A model generated the notes under the pieces. The model was not told where the DNA came from. It searched no databases and worked only from the letters and a program-made list of their open reading frames with translations. Both the position numbers and the translations under genes were made by a program. Positions 41,139 to 54,205 of a stretch of DNA of 64,000 nucleotides are shown piece after piece; positions within the stretch are counted from its first letter, which is position 1, and each line of letters starts with the position of its first letter. The stretch is taken from assembly GCA_012295275.1 (NCBI GenBank), contig CM022672.1:17484001-17548000 (forward strand). The letters are read 5' to 3'. Origin of the DNA: Chrysomallon squamiferum (Eukaryota > Animalia > Mollusca).

Positions 41139-43419
41139 GTAAGTAAAACTATTAATCAAGAACTCTATTAATTCGTATAAAACTGTTCAATTATTTATTG
41201 AAAATTGTGAGGCCTTTCAGACCATTTCTAACCAGTAATTCTCTGTTGTTGGGCACATAATTTTTCATACAGACATTTAGTTTCTTATAGGAAAAAACAA
41301 AAAAAAGAAAAGTAAAAAGATCGAGTGTGTGTTATTCATTCACAAGATTTCAGTTGGATATAATCATCCCCTGGTCTGTGAACCAGTAAATTTTCAGGAT
41401 ACGGGATTTTCATGTGACGCTGTTTCCTTGGAAACTTAACAGGTGTGGCTGAAATGATTTGGAATACGTGGTTCTGAAAAAACAAGTTTGTTCAAGTCTG
41501 CTGATACTGTGCAGAAATGACTGAACTGATTGTTTGGGATTATTATAATGCAAAAGGAAATTCAAAAGTGAACTGCGATTGATATTTCTACAAGACTAAC
41601 ACAGTCCCTTTTTTTGTTGTTTTTGTGTGATCCGATCTGTGGTGTTAAATTTCTTAACAAACAAAATGGAATTTATACATGCTTGGGATCATCGGGACGT
41701 TATTGTTGTGTGTTTTTCGCATCAATTATGTATACAGTGATTTACAACAAAAAAACAAAATTTGTTGAAGCATCGCGTTGCTATTGTGAGCATCTTCCTC
41801 GCTTTCAATTCTAAAAGAATGTGTTCGTTACGAAAACACCAATTTGTTGTTTTATTATTATTATATATTTTTTTTTTTTGAATATCATCTGCACAACCAT
41901 AGTGATACCAACTGAGTGAAGCTAGTATTGTTTTCTTTCAGTACTTTCTGAAGATTGATTATTAGCAGTGTATAACGGAGTATAGATTTATGTAATACAT
42001 CTCTCACAATATTTAAATTTAGCTTCTTTTCGACTTGTGGTTTCTGCAAATTATACGTTTTCGCTAAATGGTCTTTTTAGGGGTTTAAAAAATACTTTTT
42101 TTTTTTTTTTGATCTATCGTTTAAAATAAAAATGTAATAATTTATTAAATAAATAAATAAAAAATAATTAATTTCGATTTATAAAAAGAAAAGAAGAAGG
42201 TTATATTATTTTGATTCCTAATTTAGCCTCAGACAACAATGTTGAGATAATTCAGGACATATCAGGATCCAAATTATCTCCTATGAGAACTCACCTTTCG
42301 TATGTGTTATATACGATAACCTGACTAACAACACAAGTGTATTGTCTAGTAAGAGTGCCTAATGGGTACGATAATTTCGTAAAATGCCATGGAACAGTGA
42401 TAATGAAATGAATGGGTCACGTTGCTACCTTACTTAGGGCAAATCATGTCGCCGAACTTGGAGCATTATCAGAATGTCGAACGAGAGACAAGAAGCATTC
42501 ACGATCTGATAAAATTGCCGTAATTTTACTACGGGCATTTATAGCCATAAGCCTGTAGAATCTGCGATAAGTCCGCTGTCTGTGAAAACTATGCTCACTT
42601 AATAACGAAATGCTTTCGGGTCCGCCAGTAAATGGAATGCTTCCTGCTTTGTAGTGATGACCATCTTTATACAACGGTAGATAACAGGATCGCAGTTCAG
42701 ATGAGGATCGATGATTTCGGTGATCCAAACTCAAAAAAACAACAACAAAAAAAAAAATCAATATTATTGCTTTGGAATTCCTTCATTTTGAATCTTAAGG
42801 ACTGAGTTACATGCTTCATTATTTTGAGGAGTGGAAATGTTTTCGGGTTGTTTTATTTTTTATTTTTTTTTTACTTATTGTATTTATATAATATTTATTT
42901 GTGCAGGTTTAATATTTGTTTTATGAAATTATGAAGATTTTTTTTTTTTCGTTTTCATTTTTAAAATATTGTTTAGTGGTTGAGGCTAACGTTGACGCGG
43001 TTGATTTAATTTTATTATTTTAACTTTTGCGTCTGCTTTAAATCGTATGAAGAGTGAGAAACATGTCATCGTCCAGTGATGATTCGGACATTCTGGATAA
43101 ATGATGAAGCGCTAATGACTCCAACCTGCCGACTGAACCACTATAATTATTTCATTTGATGATCATTGATGTTTGGAAACTGAAGAAATAATTCCCTCTC
43201 GTCGGCATTATGCCAGATGTTTCTGGTACCGATGCAAGAAAATGGAAGTCGCGTGTACACAACATATACAAAATGGTTTGCGTTCTTTCACTTCACACGC
43301 ACCAAATCTTAATTCTTTACACTCGTTTCTTGTAATGATGGAGCGTAACATCAATTGACCGAAAAAACAACAAGCTAAATCATAACAAAATAGCTGTTTT
43401 TTCCCCCCACTATTCTGTT

Positions 43420-44146
43420 ATGGCACGTAAAGAGGATAATTCCATTCTTCATGCTTGGAAAGACGACAAAGAATGGCAAGACATTGTAGATAGAACCGAC
43501 CCGTGTGTTCTGTGTGGACAGATTTTTGCCACAAAGCTGGTACCGCCAAGTTCCAAGGAACTGAAAATAATTGCTCGCCAACGAACCTCAGGAATGTCTG
43601 TTCTCGATCAGTGGGCACGCAAATGTTCGAGAGATGCTCTGTTTAAGACGGACACAGAAGTTGCGTTCGATCCACAGACCGGAACGACGAGGGTGCGGTT
43701 GCGTGGTGGGGCAAGTCTGGGTGCGAAAACAGAAAACATGTTTCTGCTCCCCGACGGCAAAAACAGTAAGGCAAAATCGTCTCTTCGACAGAGCTGTTCT
43801 TTTGAAACGAGCCGTCCCAAACCAATGGTTCTCTTCAACGATGCGTGCAAACCGTGCATATTTTCCTCGGATAACAAATCAAACGGTGTTTCCAAGGGAC
43901 GTCTTCATCCCAGTTTCGGAGCAAAGTCTATTCGATCTTTGTCGGAAGGTGGTGCAACTCTTGCGCAGGTGCTACCAAATATTGTCGCCACATCGGCGCT
44001 CCTTATTCCCGAAACAGGGGAAACTATCTCGCGGATTTTATCCGAGTCCCAGGGCTCGTCCGTAGGGGAAACGACGGATTGTAACTCAGGTTCGGAGAAT
44101 ATGAAAAACAGTCCCCGAATTTTTCATCGATCACAAAAGTCACAAG
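43420..44146 (+). CDS. Probable first coding exon (242 codons + 1 nt, phase 1) of an unidentified intron-containing gene; Ser/basic-rich N-terminal region with CxxC and RLRGG motifs
   Basis: This is the longest non-repetitive ORF in the window (43420-44226). GC is clearly above the flanks and amino-acid composition is normal. An in-frame TGA at 43336 lies upstream of the ATG. A near-consensus donor CAAG|GTAAGA sits at 44146/44147, where composition reverts to AT-rich. No recognisable domain and no in-frame downstream exon were found. Confidence 0.75.
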
Positions 44147-44569
44147 GTAAGACGAAAGTTACAATTACTCTCCAGTCAGTATGGTTCTTCATTGGTACTA
44201 ATTTCATTTTGATAAACAATCCCTGATCTATCTAATCAAACAGTATTTATTACTAATATTATGTTTTGAATAACTGACGAAGGTATATATTTGATAAAAA
44301 TGAAAATCTTACTGCTCTGTTATTAGTAGTAGTTTTATTACAACTACTATTAACACTATTATTATCATTATAAGGAATTTTTTTCGTTTTTAGCATAAAG
44401 TCTTCTGTGTTATATTAATATTACTCTGTCACCAAGATACATTTATATCCTTCCTAACTATTTCCAAAATTATTTAATCTTTTATGTCTGTGTATATATT
44501 TCAGTTGTCATTATTTCTGGAAAATCATTATAGCCTTTAGTAATTTAAAAAATATTTTATTGATTAACT

Positions 44570-44803
44570 AACCGCTGCTAATGTTACTGTTGCTTCTATG
44601 GTTATGATTGTTGTTGCAAGTACAGGTGCTGTTGCCACTACTACCATTATTAGTATCATCACTTATTACAGTCTTGCTTCAATCATGCTAACTATTATGA
44701 TGATGATAATAATGACAAGACAGCGACTACTACCACAAATCATACTGATAACAATAATAACAACAGCAGCAGCAGCAGCAACATTAACAACAACAGTAAT
44801 AAA

Positions 44804-44859
<56 letters not shown>

Positions 44860-45453
44860 TAATAATAATAATAATACTGATAGTACTGCAACAAATCTAC
44901 TTCATATCACTACCATTACTTCCATCACCACAGACAAGTATTATTAAAACTACTATTATGATTATTCCTATCTTCGTTAATACTGTCCTTCTGACAATCA
45001 TTTTACAATGCGGCAATAAAAATATAATCACAAATATCCATCATTGTGAAATAATAATAATAAAACAAAAATGTCTCTGGTAGGTTTCAGTGCATAATAT
45101 AAATATAATCACAAATATTCACTATTGTGAAACAAACAAGCAAAACAAAAATAATAATAATAATAATAATAGGTTTTTAACTGAAGCGCTTAAAATGTTT
45201 GCCAGACGATCATTCAGTTGCATTTGCGCTAAAACATTTCCCTTGTGATACAAACAAAAGACATCTAAGTCAGTACGTAATATCAATATTGTGTTGTCCT
45301 ATTTACTTGTCCATGTACATTTGTCTAGTAAAAAAAAGAAAGAAAAAAGAAAGGAAATTGAGCACGAATGTAACCAAAGAATTTAACAGCGTTTGATTCA
45401 GAATAGTGTAATCACTATCTTTAATATTTTTTTTATTTTTTTTAATACTTTCG

Positions 45454-45517
<64 letters not shown>

Positions 45518-45900
45518 GCATGTACGTGTTTGTGTAATATAGTATTCTTTTTCATAACTACTACTGCTGCTGCTGCTGCTGCTATTACTACTATAACTAC
45601 TATCATCATCATCATCATCATCATCATCATTATTATTATTATTATTACTACTACTACTACTACTACCACAATATTACTACTACTATTGCTTGTGCTACTA
45701 TTACTATTTCTACCACCGCCGCTATTATTGCTACCATTACTGCTACTTCTATTGTTACTACTACAACTACTACTACTATCACTACCATTGCACTACAGCT
45801 ACTATTAATTACTACTACTACTACTATTACTATTACTACTATTACTTTTACTATTGCTATTGCTACTACTGCTACTACTACTACAATTGTTGTTGTTGTT
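44570..45900. repeat. Low-complexity zone: (AAT)n, (GT)n, (CAT)n, (ACT)n tracts
   Basis: Directly visible tracts at 44805-44875, 45457-45514 and 45557-45900. Confidence 0.9.
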
Positions 45901-46299
45901 GTTCTGTGGATTACAATAAGTTTAATTTATGGATCATTTCGAATTAACTTTTGGCGTTTGTTTATTAATACTAATCACAAGTATTTGAATAACCTTCCTT
46001 ATTTCTGAAAATGACATTTCAGGTTAAAATTAGTGGAAAGGGGGTTTAAGTGGTATCGTGCACAGTGAATCATTCTGGTTGTAAATCATGAATCTGTTAT
46101 GTTTCAGTTGCTGGTTGATTTAGGTAAATTTATTCATTTGTCGATAACCAACAGAATATCTCAATAAAGATATGTATCTATAGGCCTGTTTTTTCATAAG
46201 GTGCATCTGGGTATGTATGAAGATTGTACATGTGTATGTGCGTGTGCCTATGTGTTTATAGGTGGAAGGAATGATGCATAGATGAACTGATAAATGAAT

Positions 46300-46402
<103 letters not shown>

Positions 46403-48837
46403 CTTGACGTCATCTGATTATATTAATTTCTTTTCTAGTTAAAATACAAATAATTTCGATCTGAATGCTCAGCAATCTATAATATTAATAACTGACCTTC
46501 GTTTTATACGAGTGCAGTGTATTCCTTCATTTGTATTTTGAGAACTATGATCAATACGTTCATTCTATTTGTTCAGTCACTAAAACATCATCAACACTTT
46601 GGTCCATTACATAATTGTAGATTATTAGTATTATATATTATATGTCAGTGTGTTTCTTTCTTTATATATGTATGTAATATCTATATAGGTATTTATGTAT
46701 GTATGTTCGCTTGCATCCATGTATGTATGTGTGTGTGTGTGTGTGTGCATTTGCATGTATATGTGTATGTCTATGTGTAAAAAGCAATATTTCAGAGTAA
46801 GATAGATTAGAAAATATAATTAATGAACATTATATAATTCGCCATGGACATCAGGTGTTTGCTTGGTTTCTGTAAAAGGTTTAAGCTTGGTCATCTAAAT
46901 TTGCTTTAGATATTTATAAATAATAATATAGATTTATCTTAATGGAATGATTGCTATTTCAAATTCTGTTAAAATTATTAATCATTTTATTTATTTATTT
47001 TCTTCTTTTTTACTTATTTCCCTCCTTCTTCTCTTTATTCCTTCCTTCTTGTCTTTTTCTTTCCTTCTTTATTCACTCATTTTTTCGCCTTTCTTTCCGT
47101 TCCTCTGTCCTTCTTTCTTTTCTGCTTTTTGTCTTTATTTTCTTTCTTTCTTTTATTTTCTTTTTTTTTTTTTTTTTTTTTCTTATATTCCTTCCTCATC
47201 TGTTCCTTCACTTTCGTCGTTTCCCTCTCTGACTTCACCTCAGTCTGTGTAACTTCCTTTTCTTTTGACCTCGTCATCTATCAGGACTGATAACATTGCA
47301 CACTGACAGATGATGCTTCGTGTATTATAAAATATTTACGTCGCGATCATTCGAAAGCTTCTGATCTGAAGATCCTTTATGCATCAGTGGGATGGTTTAT
47401 CCACAATCTAAACACACTAGTCAGACTGATTAATGTTCACCGGCCAGTGAACACCAGCTACGTTAAGTGGACAACCTGTCGATCATTTATCTGGGACCGA
47501 ATACCACCTAGACAGGCTTTTAGTATAATCGCAGAACCCCATCAAGCGTGTGTCACGGTTAGAGTCCATTCAGTTAACTATAAAACAATAAAGTTCAGAT
47601 GGTTTTCGACCAAAGAATAATTTCTGATGCTGCTGAATAACAAGAAACGTGTGTCGTCTTGATGGAACAACGCGAAGCATTTTATTAGACTCGGTTCAAC
47701 AGGATCTTCAACCGAGGTGCTCCAGTAAAGGAGGAAGTGTAAGGACAGAATAATTTTTAAATGTGAAACGGAGGCGTACTTTGATGTACTTTGAGAGGTG
47801 TAGCGTTTTAATTACAGATCTCAGCCACGTGTATCTTTACCTCTCCTGTAAAATGTAAAACATTCTAATCCTGCACGAGCACTGGTCATTAATTTCTTTG
47901 ATCTTCTAATAACCAACAAACATGTTTGTATTTCACTGCGTCTCGACCCGCTGATAAAGAGAAACTAAAAGCATTTATTGAACTATCAGTTCATCAGATG
48001 TTATAATAACTCGTCAGTCTCATAACGTTTGCATTCAGTCATCAGGGGACTTCTGCTTGAACTGAGACAGCTGTAAGACTCTGACAGTCCATTATCCCGA
48101 GCAACACACACTGGCATTTTACCCGTAATTAAAATAATGATGATTAATAATTACATGAAACGTACTATCTAATTCGCTGCACTGGCCATCACTTTCAGAA
48201 TTAACTTATTAGCAGAAAAAAAAAAAATGTATCATTCATTTGATATAAAGAATTAATTTTTTAATTTTTCTTTTTTTTTTTTTTTTTTTTCCTTTTTATC
48301 TATGTCATTATTGCTAAAGATAATGTTTATACATGTATAGAAAAAAAAAAAAAAAACACACACTCAAAAACAGCAATTACATCAGTTTTAATGGTGTAGC
48401 AAATATCTGTTGAGGAATGCATATACGATGAATGACATTTGCAGCGTCTTTTAGAATAGGTATTATAAAATCAAACCCACTTGTCATCTGGAGCTGACAG
48501 GAGGATTTGAAATCGAGTTAAATATAAACGGAATAAATCGTCGTTTATGTCTGATTTGTTGGTTGGTTGAGTACTCACAAACAATTAATGCGTCTGGGAA
48601 AAGTATTTAAAATGTAACACTGAGACAGTGAGTCGCTTTTCAGAGAAATGGTAGATCTAAATCTTTTTCTTTTCGAGAGTAACCGACACACACACATACA
48701 TACATTTATACACAGAGCGAGAGATACGTACATTAATTCATACATATTAATCTACTAACATACATATATAAATACATATTCCATGCATGCTTGCATAACA
48801 TACATATATACATACACACACACATACATACATTACA

Positions 48838-48868
<31 letters not shown>

Positions 48869-51369
48869 CATACATACAGACAACATAATACATATATACA
48901 TATAAAAACATGCGTTATGTACAGAAATTCCCAACTTGCTGGACCCATTCCACCATTCTTGGTCTCTCGCAGTTGTGTGTCCGGAGTTTTCTGGAGTTCA
49001 CTGTGAAGAGAAGTGTACATTTTTTTATAATTCTGCTTCCCCCGCTGTTTAGCCTAGGAAAAGCCGTGCTAGGTTTCTGAGTGATCAGCTGACACGAACC
49101 AACAGCCGCTGATCAGACGGCTACCAAGTTCTCACTAAACAAACACTGGTTCCTGCCAAAACATTAGTTATGTTTCCCCTCTATATATTCTGTAAGTACT
49201 AACACAGTTACAAAGAATTTTACAAATGCAGTTCTAACAAATTTAATTTGTAGCTAAATCGTTTGATTCACTGTTGGTTTAGTTTTAGGTAAGCTATTCA
49301 GTAGGCTATCTACATTTTCCTTGACATATAACTATTTTTATTTAGGCCAGTATAATAAACGGGAATGTTTGGGGTGGGTTTTTTTTTGTGGGGGGGTGGG
49401 GTATTTATTTATTTATTATTATTTTTAATTTTTGGGGGGTATTAGTTCGGCAATCATTGCGGTCGCATTTGTATACGTCTGCAATAATTTCTATATTTAT
49501 ATACTTCAAAAAGAATTAGCTTCAGAGTGACTTTTTTTTACTTCTTTAATGTTGAAGAAAATCATTACAGCATTACTGAGTTTCTGTATTAGAATATCGT
49601 CGTTAAATGGCATATTCTAAAACATTTCGATTTACTCCGGGACTGACGTGAATATGACGTACATTGGTTTCCGTCAAATCTTTGACAAGACGCTGATCGA
49701 AGTTTTAAAATACTCGCGACTTCCATGAAACAATCGTAATGCGGAAATACAATATACAGTGCCATGGTTCCTACATGTGGATGGTTTTATTCAATAACTG
49801 AGAGGGGATGATACATTTAAAACGAAAACAATGTCAGGTCAGATACTCTTATACGCTTGTAGATATCCATCTATAAAACACACACACGGACGTTCACACA
49901 CACACACACACACACACACACGCGCAAACACAAGCATTCATCATAAATAAACAAACATTAGTAAATTAATTCACAGAATATAGACATATAATTACACCAT
50001 TATACGAACATTCTCATGTACCATGTAATAATTATATACTTTTAAAAGGTATTCGTGTTTCCTACTAAGTATGTTTTTAAAGACTATAAAAACATACATA
50101 ATTACGCGAACACCCACCAATAATATAATATAATAATTATATGCGTTTCTAATCGATCATACATATGATCCTAACATGAAATGAAAAAAACATATTAAAT
50201 GTCAAATCTCCTATATTAAAACGGTTTTAGTACAAAAAATAATAATGATATTAATATGTACGCCTTGTACAATATATCTATATCTATATCTATCTATATA
50301 TCTATCTATCTTTATCTATATCTGTATATATATATTTATTTATTTATTTATTTATGACATCATTATTATTACAGTTAATTTATCAAATTGAATATCTAAA
50401 CCTTTTCTTCTCAAAAGGTTTCTGAATAAATTATAGTAATTATGAAGAAATCCTGATAGAAAATGTTAGTTAATGCGCTGTTAATGTGTAAGATCAGCAG
50501 AAAGCTGACTGAACAACAACGATGTGAAAGAAATGACGTAATGGTTTTGGAATGCACGGAGAAATCATTTCAAACAGCACACTGAAAGTTTGTTTCTAAT
50601 AATAGAAAGCATTTTTTTTATTTCGTTTTTAACAATGCAGCGATTGTGCCAAATGTGTGTGTCCCTGTTGTTTGTCTCTCTCACCTGCATTTTTTTTTTT
50701 TTTTTTTTATTTTATTTATCTTGAAATCCGTTTACCATAAAAAGCTTTATTCATAATGATTCTTACGACACCTATTGTTGTTGGGTTTTTATTTTGTTGT
50801 TGTTGTTTTGTTTTTTGTTTTATTTGTTCTTTTTCTTGGAGGCGATGGGCATGAGCTTCTTGTTTGTCGTGATTTTATTTATTTTTATTTTTATTTATTT
50901 TTTTTACGACTTGTTTTTTTTTTTTTTTTTTTTTTGGTTGTGTTGTAATTGTTTGGTTTGTTAATTCTGGGTTTTGTTGATTTTTTTGTGTGTGTGTATG
51001 TGTGTGTTTTTGTTTTCTGGTGATCGGGAGGGTAGAAATTCTGGATCTGTCCCTGAGTACTCAGATTGCAGGTTGCGTTTTGTTTTAGCTCTTAGTTCCT
51101 GACTGTTTCTTTCAGATTCTTTCAGTGCACTGCGGGTTAAATATTTAGTATTTATGCCAGGGAAAGACTTGTCCTTGACTCACAGCCCAGAGTCTGACGT
51201 TTCAGATATATTTTTTATATATATCCAGGCACACATTAGTGTGGATATCCGTCTAGATTGGATTTAGAGTAGTCACACCATTGTTAAATCAAAACAACTG
51301 AGAATAAGTTTAATTATTATTGTTACTATTGTTATTAATATTGTCGTTGTTGTTGGTGGTGGTGGTGTT

Positions 51370-51370
51370 A

Positions 51371-51428
<58 letters not shown>

Positions 51429-51447
51429 ATCATCATCATCATCATCA

Positions 51448-51507
<60 letters not shown>
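51370..51507. repeat. (TAT)n(CAT)n(TAT)n microsatellite
   Basis: Directly visible. Confidence 0.97.
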
Positions 51508-51512
<5 letters not shown>

Positions 51513-52655
51513 TTTATTTATATATTTTTTTATTTTTGTTAATATTTTTCACTATATAATTTAGTGTGTTTCTAGTAGGAATCTGTTTAATACAAACATT
51601 ACCTTGGTCTGATAACTCTTTCAAAATAATTCTTTGAACATTTCACAAACGAATAAAATTTAAATAGATAACTAATCAACATGTTCAGACAAACTGCTCT
51701 TTACTTGTCTCCTTATTACCCGAGTTAAAATGTATCAGTATAAATCGAATACATTTTAAATCTTTTTTTTTTTAAATGTATTCAGGAATTTGTCGGATTC
51801 CGAAAAAGCTACATTTGGTGACGTTTCTGAAACAAAAAAGTATTATCATAATAATTACGTATTGCCAAAAAGAAACTGTCATCTCGGCAATAGAGCTGAT
51901 CCCACTGAAAACAAAACAAAAAATCGCGTAGACTCAAGAAAGTTCTATTTTTTGTTCTTTCACGGTGTGAAATTATTACAACAGTGTTCTGACAGTCTTG
52001 TAATTAATTACTGAGTAAACAGTTGCGAGGCGATGTCGTTAAACCGATCGTTCTTTCCCCGTGTCCAAACGAGATTTGCAAATAGGAAAACAAAGCGCAT
52101 CAATAACATTTACTTAGGCTCTCTCCTTGCCACATCCCAATCCTAGCCCCGGGTCGCTTGGCATTTCGTGAAATTCTCTTAGTTAATTTCAAGTAGTTTT
52201 AGTGTGTGGTCGTAGAAAAGGATTACATGCGTAGCTTTATCTTATAAATTTTTCCGTGGCCGTCGGCGCGAACGTTATATTTGTAATATAAAAAACACAG
52301 CCCGCGGTATCCCGTGCGGAATTTCAGTTCAGCTGTATGTAATAATAGTAACTGGTAAAAGAAAGAAAGAAATGCTCTAAAGAATCGATTCCACGCTGAA
52401 AAATGGTATTATTGTTGTTGTTGTTGTTGTTGTTGTTGTCGTGTTTGTGATTATTATTATTATTTGTAGTATAGCAATGGTCGTAGTACTAGTAGTAGTA
52501 GTATAAGTAGTAGCAGTACTAATATCAGTAGAAGTATTGTTATTGTTGTTATGTTAGGATGTTCAAATGTGTTTTCTCAATGGTATGATTTCTTTTCTGT
52601 ATTCCCAGTTTCATCATAAAACAAAGTATCTTAAACACTGTGTATTTATTTTTGT

Positions 52656-52904
<249 letters not shown>

Positions 52905-53523
52905 GGTTATCCGTAAGGAATTTATTAAGTAAGCACAAATTCGTGTTCATGACAACAGACAACAGCGAGTGCAGACACAAAAATTAGTTAGATAATTCTA
53001 AACGAATTTGGCTCGCGATGCTGGATATTTGTCCAACATGTGCGTCTGTTGTATAAAATCGATTGGAGATTATGTCTGCCGTCCAACAAATCGCAATTTT
53101 GTAAACTACCTGATCCGTTACCATCACAACGCGTCTTTTATGGCCAAGAACGTGTTGTGTGACCTTTTGCAACACACGTGTAATTATGAGGTCTGGTTTG
53201 GAATCACGTGAATGTTTAGCCAATGAAAATAAAAAAAAATAAAAAAAAATAAAAAAATGAATTCAGTTTCTATGCGTCTTCGATTAAATAACTTTGATCA
53301 TAGATGAAGGTTTCAGAAACAGAAAATGGAGTTGAGAACCGATACAAATGCGAATTGACTGTCAGAGTATGAACTAAAATTGCTTCAGCTGAGTAAAACG
53401 AGTATTAGAGAAAAAAAAGTAGAAACCAAAATACAGAGAAAGATGTTAGAAACTGAAAAAAAAAAAAAAAAAAAAATTATCTTTTTTGTTATTGTAATTT
53501 CTTTGATTTCTGTAACAGATAAG

Positions 53524-54205
53524 ATAGTTTGAGTTATCCTTTTCATGTTTCAGTCTCAATACTGTTCACATTTCCATTTAAATAGTTTGGGATATATCAT
53601 ATTTCAGTCTCAGTACTGTTCCCATTTCCATTAGATGGTTTGGGATATATCATATTTCAGCCTCAATACTGTTCACTTGTCCATTTAAATAGTTTGGGAT
53701 ATACCATATTTCAGTCTCAATACTGTTCCCATTTCCATTAGATGGTTTGGGATATACCATATTTCAGTCTCAATACTGTTCCCATTTCCATTAGATGGTT
53801 TGGGATATACCATATTTCAGTCTCAATAGTATTCCCATTTCCATTAGATGGTTTGGGATATACCATATTTCAGTCTCAATATTGTTCCCATTTCCATTAG
53901 ATAGTTTGGGATATATGATATTTCAGTCTACTGTTCAAATGTCCATTTAAATAGTTTGGGATATATCATGTTTCAGTCTCAATACTGTTCACATTTCCAT
54001 TTAAATAGTTTGGGATATATCATATTTCAGTCTCAATACTGTTCACACTTCCATTTAAATAGTTTGGGATATATCATATCTCAGTCTCAATACTGTTCAC
54101 ATTTCTATTTAAATGAGTTTGGGATATATCATATCTCAGTCTCAATACTGTTCACATTTCTATTAGTGAGTTTGGGATATATCATATTTCAGTCTCGGTA
54201 TTGTT
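53524..54205. repeat. Minisatellite, 53-54 bp unit, about 12-13 copies
   Basis: Unit ATAGTTTGGGATATATCATATTTCAGTCTCAATACTGTTCACATTTCCATTTAA. GTTTGGGA recurs 12 times at about 53-54 bp spacing, in two sub-variants. Confidence 0.97.

Noticed and set aside
42400-42761. GC-richer stretch and 105-aa minus-strand ORF upstream of the coding exon
   Set aside because: The + strand frames examined are interrupted by stops, and the minus-strand ORF has no ATG start or splice support.
43608-43895. Antisense ORFs within the coding exon
   Set aside because: These are typical shadow ORFs of GC-richer coding sequence.
52240-52335. TATA box (52287) plus TCAGTT initiator (52324), or a Helitron end hairpin
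   Set aside because: TATA-to-Inr spacing is 39 nt rather than about 30, and the GC hairpin is not followed by a CTRR terminus.
53524-54205. CRISPR array or coding repeat (ORF 53956-54207)
   Set aside because: Whole units repeat with no unique spacers, and the 53-bp units break the reading frame.
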